A DNA stretch of 40,992 bases, taken from Pseudomonadota bacterium. GTDB lineage: Bacteria > Myxococcota_A > UBA9042. The position numbers were made by a program, and so were the translations under genes. Below are positions 34,902 through 40,992 of this stretch, piece by piece. The stretch spans positions 1 through 40,992 of the forward strand of contig SXNM01000288.1 in NCBI GenBank assembly GCA_005777155.1, written 5' to 3'. How positions within the stretch are numbered: position 1 is the stretch's first letter; every line of letters starts with the position of its first letter. The notes beneath the pieces are model-generated. The model saw only the letters and a program-made list of their open reading frames with translations. It was not told the origin of the DNA and made no database searches.

Positions 34902-35561
34902 CTACTCGGCGATGAAGCCGGCCGCCTTGTGGCTGCCATCGCAGAAGGGCTTGTTGGCCGACTTGCCGCAGCGGCAGAGGGCGCACTTGCTCCCGCGCCA
35001 GGCTACGCGTCCTGCCGCCGTGACCAGCGTAACGTTTCCGGCGAGGAGCAGCGGCCCATCGGGCGCGCGCTTCACGTGGAGCGCACCGCCAGGCGCCTCG
35101 AAGCCCCTGCCAGCGTCGCCGATCGCGCCGCGGTCGACGAAACCGGCGCGCTCATGGCTGCCGTCGCAGAAGGGTTTGCGCGCAGAAGCGCCACAGCGGC
35201 AGAGGGCGGCGCGGGTGCGCAGTCCGGGCATGGCGGCGTCGGCGCCGTCGACGTGCAACTCGCCGCGCAGGTAGAGTGGGCCGTTGTTGCTGACGACCAC
35301 CGTGTTCTCGGCGGGCACCTGCTCCTGCACGCCGTCGCGCCGCGTATAGCTGAGGGCTCCGGTCGGGCACCGTTCGACGACCTCCACGGCCTCGGCGACG
35401 CTGGACGCGTCGGGCTGACACCACGGCTTGCGGCCGCTGACGAAGAGGTCGCCAGGAGCGCGGCCGCACTCGCCGATGTGGATGCAGAGGCCACCGTGCC
35501 AGGCAATGGTGGCGTCGGCGCCGGTAAATTGGGTGACCTTCGGGGCCTGTTCGTCGCTCAC
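34902..35561 (-). CDS. Iron-sulfur protein: N-terminal divergent 4Fe-4S mono-cluster domain plus two CDGSH-type [2Fe-2S] motifs
   Basis: CRCGASARKPFCDGSH and CRCGKSANKPFCDGSH. N-terminal ..GGLCIHIGECGRAPGDLF..VVERCPTGAL... Start assigned to GTG 35561 (cac 35559-35561) with AAGGAG 6 nt upstream. The opposite-strand 353-aa ORF 34866..35927 is rejected. Confidence 0.85.
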   Translation of the reverse strand: MSDEQAPKVTQFTGADATIAWHGGLCIHIGECGRAPGDLFVSGRKPWCQPDASSVAEAVEVVERCPTGALSYTRRDGVQEQVPAENTVVVSNNGPLYLRGELHVDGADAAMPGLRTRAALCRCGASARKPFCDGSHERAGFVDRGAIGDAGRGFEAPGGALHVKRAPDGPLLLAGNVTLVTAAGRVAWRGSKCALCRCGKSANKPFCDGSHKAAGFIAE

Positions 35562-35882
35562 TTTGAACTCCTTGGCGTCCGTTCGCGGCCCTGGTCGCCG
35601 GGGGCAAGCGGTGCACCGTGCGGCGCGGGCGGAGTCGAACAGGGTTGGCGCTGCCCTGTGGCGGCGCGGCCTGCGCCTATCGACCCGTGCCACGGCATTA
35701 GACCCTGCGCGGGGCGCACATCGCAAGCGGCGCGACCCCAAGCGCCCGTCCCCGTGCGCGTCTGGGCGACACTGAGAGGCGGCCGGGCGCGGCGAGCCCT
35801 GCGCAGGTTGGGCCTATGCGGTCACCCGCTGGCGTGCGACGACGAGCCCAGCTGCGGCCACGACGCGCTACCGGCAGAGCGA

Positions 35883-37121
35883 CTATGGCAGCATCGCGCC
35901 TCGCTTGCGCGGCCACAGCGCGCCTAAGGCGACGGTCGACGCGCACGCCGCGCCGGCGATGAAGGTGGCCTCGGCGCCGAGCTGTTGCCACAAGATCCCG
36001 GCGGCGCCGTTGCCGAGCAGCAGGGCGACGCCGCTGATGAGATGGAAGACGCCGAACGCCGTGCCCCGCAGCGCTGCCGGTGCGGCGTCCGCCACCATCG
36101 CGGCCAATAGACCCTGGGTCATGCCGAGGTGGAGGCCAAACAGGGCGATTCCGGCCCAGAGGGCGGCGGTGTCCGGCGCCGTCGCCAGCGCGAGATCTGC
36201 CACGACCAGGGTCAGCATGCCGAGCGCGAGGAGCTGATGCCGCGGTAGTCGATCGGACAGGCGGCCCAGCGGCCACGCCGTCAGCGCGTAGACCGCGTTC
36301 AGCACCACCAGCACCAGGGGCGTCTGGCCGAGGCTCAGCCCGCCTTCGCTGGCGCGCAGAACCAAAAACGCTTCCGAGATGCGCGCCATCATGGCGGCGG
36401 CGCCGAGCGCGACCACCCAGGCGAAGCGCCCGTCAAAGGCGGCGTCGAACGGTAGGAGGCGGCGCAGCATGACGGCGAGCGGAGCCCAGGGGCGCTGCAT
36501 TTCGCGCGGGTCCACGCGAGGCTCACCGACTCGCGACGGCGGCCCCGCCCTGCCGTCGACGCGCGGCGCCTCTTCGACGAATCGCCAGAGCACCAGGACC
36601 GCGAGCACTGCGGGGACAACGGCGACTTGGAACACTGCGCGGACGTCGTCTTGCCAGGCGTACATCAGCGCCATCGCAAGCAGCGGCCCCGCCACCGCGC
36701 CGAGCGTGTCGAGCGACTGTCGCAGCCCATACGCCGCGCCGCGGATCGACGGCGGCGTGAGATCGGCGATGAGCGCGTCACGTGGCGCGCCACGCAGGCC
36801 CTTGCCGACGCGGTCGATGACCCGCGCGCCGAAGATCCAGCCCGACGACGCCGCGACCGAGAAGAGCGGCTTGCTCAACGCCGAGAGCCCGTAGCCGAAC
36901 AGCGCCCACGGCTTTCGCTGCCCGCTCCGATCCGAGAGCACCCCCGAGGCGACCTTGACCATCAGCGCCGTCGCCTCCGAGGCGCCCTCAATCAGCCCCA
37001 GAGTCAGCGCGCTGGCGCCGAGGCTGCCGATCAGGAAGGCCGGCAGCAGGCCATGGATCATCTCCGACGAGAGGTCCATCAGCAGGCTGACGACGCCGAG
37101 CGCGATGACGGCGACTGGCAT
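35883..37121 (-). CDS. MFS transporter
   Basis: ATG 37121 gives MPVAVIALGVVSLLMDLSSEMIHGLLPAFL..GVLSDRSGQRKPW... About 12 hydrophobic segments. Second-half motif ..LGRLSDRLPRHQLL... Confidence 0.8.
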   Translation of the reverse strand: MPVAVIALGVVSLLMDLSSEMIHGLLPAFLIGSLGASALTLGLIEGASEATALMVKVASGVLSDRSGQRKPWALFGYGLSALSKPLFSVAASSGWIFGARVIDRVGKGLRGAPRDALIADLTPPSIRGAAYGLRQSLDTLGAVAGPLLAMALMYAWQDDVRAVFQVAVVPAVLAVLVLWRFVEEAPRVDGRAGPPSRVGEPRVDPREMQRPWAPLAVMLRRLLPFDAAFDGRFAWVVALGAAAMMARISEAFLVLRASEGGLSLGQTPLVLVVLNAVYALTAWPLGRLSDRLPRHQLLALGMLTLVVADLALATAPDTAALWAGIALFGLHLGMTQGLLAAMVADAAPAALRGTAFGVFHLISGVALLLGNGAAGILWQQLGAEATFIAGAACASTVALGALWPRKRGAMLP

Positions 37122-37642
37122 GTGCGGTCGAGGCGCCAGCGTCGGCGCCGGAAGGGGGGTTGGTAGCGCGGCGGCAGGGGGCCGTCGACACGCCTCGCCG
37201 CTGCGGCGGGCCACCGACGCTACCACACCTCAACGGCTGCCGGCGAGCCGCGCAGCGGGCCAGTCGCCGACGCCACGCCCCACTCCGGCGCTTGGCTCAG
37301 CGACCGCCCCCGCAGACGTCGGCGCCAACAGGGCACGGCGCAGCGCTGACTGCGACTCCGCGGCCCCTGCGCCAGTGACCCACGCCGCCTCGTTGGACCG
37401 CCGCGCCGTATCGGGCGTGAACGACGCCGCAGCGACGTCCAGCGGCCCAGCCCCGCGGCCCTCGCCCGCCCCAGCCAAGGTCGCGCGGGTCGCCTGCGCC
37501 GCCACAACCCGGTCTGGGCGTCTTGCTCGCTCCGCCCATCTGGTCCACACTACCGGGGCAGAGCGGCGGGTCTCCCGCTCGGCGCTAGACCGCCTCACGG
37601 GCGCCCACCGGCAGGTCCCCTGGGGGACGGGAGGCGAAGCCA

Positions 37643-39703
37643 ATGTTCCTCGAGTTCCGGGATGTCAACGGCCGCCTGACGCACCTGCCTGTCGAGTCAG
37701 GTGGCGAGCCGATCACCATTGGCCGGAACCCAGGCTCATCGATCTATAGCAAGCAGAGCACGGTCTCGCGTAACCACGGTCGCATCGGCTTCGAGGGCCA
37801 GACTCTCTACTTCAAGGATCTCGGCAGCAGCAACGGATCGTTCATCAACGGCGAGAGCACGACTCGGACCTCGCTGCAGGTCGGTGACCTCGTCCGCTGC
37901 GGCGAGGTGTTCGAGATCAGCATCCGAGACGGTCAGCCCGACCCGGCACATCTGCCCGAGCGCGAGGGACGGGAGCGTTCGTCGAAGCCGATCGAGATGG
38001 GCCGCGTCGACCCGCCTCCCGCCAGCGCCGCCGCCGCTGCTGCCGGCGACGACTCGCTGGAAGAGCGACGGCGACGCAACGCCGATATCGAGGCCGAGCG
38101 CGAACGGCGACGACGCGAGCGCGAGGACCGCCGGGGTCGCTCCGACGGCGAAGGTCCGATCGCGCGCGGCTCCGAGACCGAGGCCCGCCGCGTCCCCGAC
38201 CCACCGCCGCGCCCCGAACCTGAGCCGGCGCGGCGGGCCCCAGAGCCAGCGCGTCGTGCGCCCGAGCCGCCGCGCAACGTCCCTGAGACGGTTCGACGCG
38301 AGCCCTTGCGGCCGGCACAGATCGAGCGCGCTGAGCCGGTCGCGCCGCGTGTCCACCAATCCACCGGCCAGAGCCGCATCGTCCAGGCGATGGACGCCGC
38401 CACAGGCAGCGACGCCAACCGCGAGCTGGCGGAGATGCGGCGCAAGGCGGCCGCCCTCGACGGTGAGCTGAGCGACGCCGTCCGCCGCGCGAACCAATTC
38501 GAGAACGACGCCAAAACCGCCGAGCAGCGGGCGATGCGCTACTCAGTCGAGCTTGAGGGCCTGTCGGAGAAATACCGCCAGCTCAAGGAGCAGAACCGCG
38601 TCATGGCGGCTTCGCTCGAGGAGACGCGCGAAGAGCAGCGCAAGCGTGAGGACGAGACCTTTGAGGCCGAGCGCAGGGTCAGCGATCTCGAGAGCGAGCT
38701 GGCGCAGCAGCGATCCAAGGCCGCCGAGGCGACCGAGCAGCTGGCCGGCCTCAAGGTGCGTCTGACGCAGAAGGACCGCCAGATCGAGGAGTTGCAGCGC
38801 CAGCTCGACCTCCTGGAGTATGAGCTCCGCACCCAGCGCGACGAGATGGAGAGCCTGCAGAGCAGCTTCAACCGCGAGGGTGGTGGCGTCGAGAAGCTCG
38901 AGCGGCGCATCAACATGCTGCAAGAGGTCATCCAGGAGAAGGAAGGCCACATCGAGCAGCTGCGCCTCGACTTGCGCGACAAGGACATCGAGATCCGCCA
39001 GGTCCGCATGGGCGTCGGCATCAGCGACCTCGAGCACGAGAAGCGGCGCCTGCTAGAGGACTACCACAACGCGACACGGCGGGTCGACGAGCTCCAGGGC
39101 CGGCTCGACCAGAGGGGCCGCGACCTCGACGCCATGCGCGCCGAGTTGGACGCCGCCCGCCGCGAGGCTGGCGAACGCAAGGCGCCCGTCGACGTCAGCG
39201 ACCACCCGGACATGAAGGCCCGCCAGCGCGAGGTAGAGCGGCTCGCTGAGGCGCTTGAAGCCGCCCAGCGCGACCTCGCCAAGTCGGCGCTCAAGCTGGA
39301 GGCCAGCGGCCAAGACGCCGAGGCCATGGCCCGCATGGAGCACGAGCTCGCCGCGGCACAGCGCAGGGCCGAGAGCCTTGGCCAGAAGCTGGAGGCCGCC
39401 GAGCTGCAGGTTGCGGAGCTGCAGGCCATCGAGCCCGTCGCCAAGGGCGCGGTCGTACCGCCGGGGATGGCAGACGACGTTGAGGCGCTCAACGACGCCG
39501 TCGGCGCCTCCAAGCAGAACGCTCGACTGGTGCGCAAGTACGCCAGCCAATTGGATCAGCAGCTGCGCGCCGACGGTGGCGAGACAGGCGATGCGGCGAG
39601 CTTGTTGTACGACATCGCCGTGGTGTTGGTGCAGGACATCGGCGAGCAGGAGCGCCTGGTGCGCGAGGTCCAGGGGCACCTGACCGGGAGCGACAAACGA
39701 TGA
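37643..39703 (+). CDS. FHA-domain protein with Pro/Arg-rich linker and ~450-aa coiled coil
   Basis: FHA motifs ..ITIGRNPGSSIYSKQSTVSRNHGRIGFEGQTLYFKDLGSSNGSFINGE... Linker has near-repeats PEPARRAPEPARRAPEPPR. The remainder is heptad-rich and Glu/Arg/Leu/Gln-rich. GGGAGG (37629-37634) precedes ATG 37643. Confidence 0.85.
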   Translation: MFLEFRDVNGRLTHLPVESGGEPITIGRNPGSSIYSKQSTVSRNHGRIGFEGQTLYFKDLGSSNGSFINGESTTRTSLQVGDLVRCGEVFEISIRDGQPDPAHLPEREGRERSSKPIEMGRVDPPPASAAAAAAGDDSLEERRRRNADIEAERERRRREREDRRGRSDGEGPIARGSETEARRVPDPPPRPEPEPARRAPEPARRAPEPPRNVPETVRREPLRPAQIERAEPVAPRVHQSTGQSRIVQAMDAATGSDANRELAEMRRKAAALDGELSDAVRRANQFENDAKTAEQRAMRYSVELEGLSEKYRQLKEQNRVMAASLEETREEQRKREDETFEAERRVSDLESELAQQRSKAAEATEQLAGLKVRLTQKDRQIEELQRQLDLLEYELRTQRDEMESLQSSFNREGGGVEKLERRINMLQEVIQEKEGHIEQLRLDLRDKDIEIRQVRMGVGISDLEHEKRRLLEDYHNATRRVDELQGRLDQRGRDLDAMRAELDAARREAGERKAPVDVSDHPDMKARQREVERLAEALEAAQRDLAKSALKLEASGQDAEAMARMEHELAAAQRRAESLGQKLEAAELQVAELQAIEPVAKGAVVPPGMADDVEALNDAVGASKQNARLVRKYASQLDQQLRADGGETGDAASLLYDIAVVLVQDIGEQERLVREVQGHLTGSDKR

Positions 39704-40992
39704 CCATGGCAGCAGAGAACCCAGTGGCCGACGCGGCGGCGGCCAGCAGCGCGAGGCCTGTGCCGGCAGCCGTCGACGACCTGCATTACCTCATCCGGGC
39801 CCAGTACAAGCTGCTCTACGTCGTCAGCGCCGAAGAGGCACGGGTCGAGACTTGGCTGCGCGAGCTCGCACTGCTTGAACGCGAGAGCCTCCGCGAGCGC
39901 TGGGACATCACCAACTGGAAGGCGCGCAGCTTCATCACGTGGTCGTGCTCGCAGGGCTTTCGCAGCGATAACCTCGACGTCCCCGGCGACATCCGCGAGC
40001 CGATCCGCGCCCTGGACTGGATCGCCAACGGCCTGACCCGCGACGCGCTCGTCGTCCTGCGCGACTTCCACCCCTTCCTCAGCGACCCCATGGTGGCCCG
40101 CCGCGTGCGCGACCTCGTCACGCTGTTCGATGGCGCCGCCGTCAAGCGGACCGTCGTCTTCCTGTCGCCCATCATCAAGCTGCCGATGGAGCTCGAGAAG
40201 GACCTGCAGGTCATCGACTTCGACCTGCCCGATCGGGCGACGCTCGAAGACATCGTCCGCGAGAAGGCCTTCGCCGGCGCGCGATCGCGGCGCTTTGGTA
40301 GCAATTTCCAGAAAGTGCTCGAATCGCCGGCGCTCCAGCGCGAAGTGGCAGAGGCGGCCTTGGGGCTGACCGAGGCCGAGGCGCGACAGGTCTTTGACAA
40401 GACCTCGGTGCGAGACAAGCAGTTCGCGCTGTCGACCATCCTCGCTGAGAAGAAGCACATCATCCGCAAGAGCGGCATCTTGGAGTTCTACGAGACCAAG
40501 CTCGATCTCAACGCCGTCGGTGGCTTGCCGGAGATGAAGGAGTGGCTGCAGAAGCGCCAACATTCCTTTACCCAGAGCGCGCGCGACTTCGGCTTGCCGC
40601 TGCCCAAGGGCATCCTCCTCCTTGGCGTGCCTGGTTGTGGTAAATCGCTGTCTGCCAAGGCGATCTCTCAGGCCTGGCAGATGCCATTGCTGCGCTTGGA
40701 CGTCGGCAAGGTGTTCGGTTCGCTGGTCGGCTCGTCGGAAGAGAACATGCGCCGCGCCATCAAGACCGCCGAGGCGGTGGCGCCTGCCATCCTGTGGCTC
40801 GACGAGCTCGAGAAGGGCTTCAGCGGCACCAAGAGCTCGGGCAGCTCGGACGGCGGCACCACAGCGCGCGTGTTCGCGACCTTCCTCACCTGGCTGCAGG
40901 AGAAGGAGTCGCCGGTCTTCGTCATCGCCACCGCCAACGACGTCAGCCAGCTGCCGCCTGAGCTGCTCCGCAAGGGCCGCTTCGACGAGATC
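39700..40992 (+). CDS. Ycf46-like AAA+ ATPase (classic-clade AAA domain after a ~270-aa N-domain); 3' end outside the window
   Basis: Not in the supplied ORF track because it has no stop within the window; I translated it by hand. It reads [37 protein letters not shown].. then ..[115 protein letters not shown]. Walker A at 40624-40647; Walker B is ILWLDE. ATG 39700 overlaps the FHA gene stop (ATGA). The frame is open for 431 codons to the window end. Confidence 0.85.
   Translation, partial: MTMAAENPVADAAAASSARPVPAAVDDLHYLIRAQYKLLYVVSAEEARVETWLRELALLERESLRERWDITNWKARSFITWSCSQGFRSDNLDVPGDIREPIRALDWIANGLTRDALVVLRDFHPFLSDPMVARRVRDLVTLFDGAAVKRTVVFLSPIIKLPMELEKDLQVIDFDLPDRATLEDIVREKAFAGARSRRFGSNFQKVLESPALQREVAEAALGLTEAEARQVFDKTSVRDKQFALSTILAEKKHIIRKSGILEFYETKLDLNAVGGLPEMKEWLQKRQHSFTQSARDFGLPLPKGILLLGVPGCGKSLSAKAISQAWQMPLLRLDVGKVFGSLVGSSEENMRRAIKTAEAVAPAILWLDELEKGFSGTKSSGSSDGGTTARVFATFLTWLQEKESPVFVIATANDVSQLPPELLRKGRFDEI

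Noticed and set aside
34866-35927. 353-aa plus-strand ORF overlapping the CDGSH gene
   Set aside because: The minus strand encodes two textbook CRCGxSxxKPFCDGSH motifs with an AAGGAG-N6-GTG start. The plus-strand product is Ala/Gly/Arg-rich with no motif.
1-40992. Search for mobile elements, prophage genes, tRNA/rRNA, toxin-antitoxin pairs and classical defence genes
   Set aside because: I recognised no transposase or integrase motifs, terminal inverted repeats, tRNA T-loop/acceptor signatures or restriction/Cas-like domains in any frame. By eye, composition is uniform apart from short intergenic dips.

Overview
Very GC-rich bacterial chromosomal segment, about 70% G+C by eye, with third codon positions almost all G/C in the real genes. 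Many lipoproteins carry beta-propeller, Ig-like or FG-GAP modules, and there is an FHA protein. Together these suggest a Myxococcota-type organism, but that is inference only. I call 30 protein-coding genes. Most long ORFs in the supplied track are antisense or off-frame shadows (Arg/Pro/Ala/Gly-rich). I discarded them using recognisable motifs, third-position GC and start-site context. Left third: a NarL-type two-component pair; a minus-strand run of nitroreductase, rhodanese, TPR protein, large polytopic membrane protein and MFS transporter; a LysR regulator; thymidine kinase; an FkbM methyltransferase. Middle: a fused SpmA/SpmB-type membrane protein is translationally coupled to a 1006-aa protein with two radical SAM cores plus a Gfo/Idh/MocA domain. 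Two beta-propeller lipoproteins flank an ~800-bp gene-free spacer holding a 15-unit, 11-bp palindromic tandem array. rseP and tsaB follow. Right half: a discrete PqqD-like (RRE) gene and a 2385-aa Ig-like/FG-GAP lipoprotein. Next comes a tight cassette of a 61-aa Cys-rich ORF, an HPr-kinase-like P-loop protein, a radical SAM/SPASM enzyme and an anchorless S24/S26 peptidase. I read this cassette as an uncharacterised RiPP-type peptide maturation system, and it is the best candidate for the novel system in this window. After it come YbgF/CpoB-like and LysM proteins, a CDGSH Fe-S protein and an MFS transporter. The window ends with an FHA/coiled-coil protein coupled to a Ycf46-like AAA+ ATPase that runs off the 3' end. 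That last ORF is absent from the supplied track because it has no stop in the window. I recognised no rRNA, tRNA, CRISPR array, transposase or integrase.
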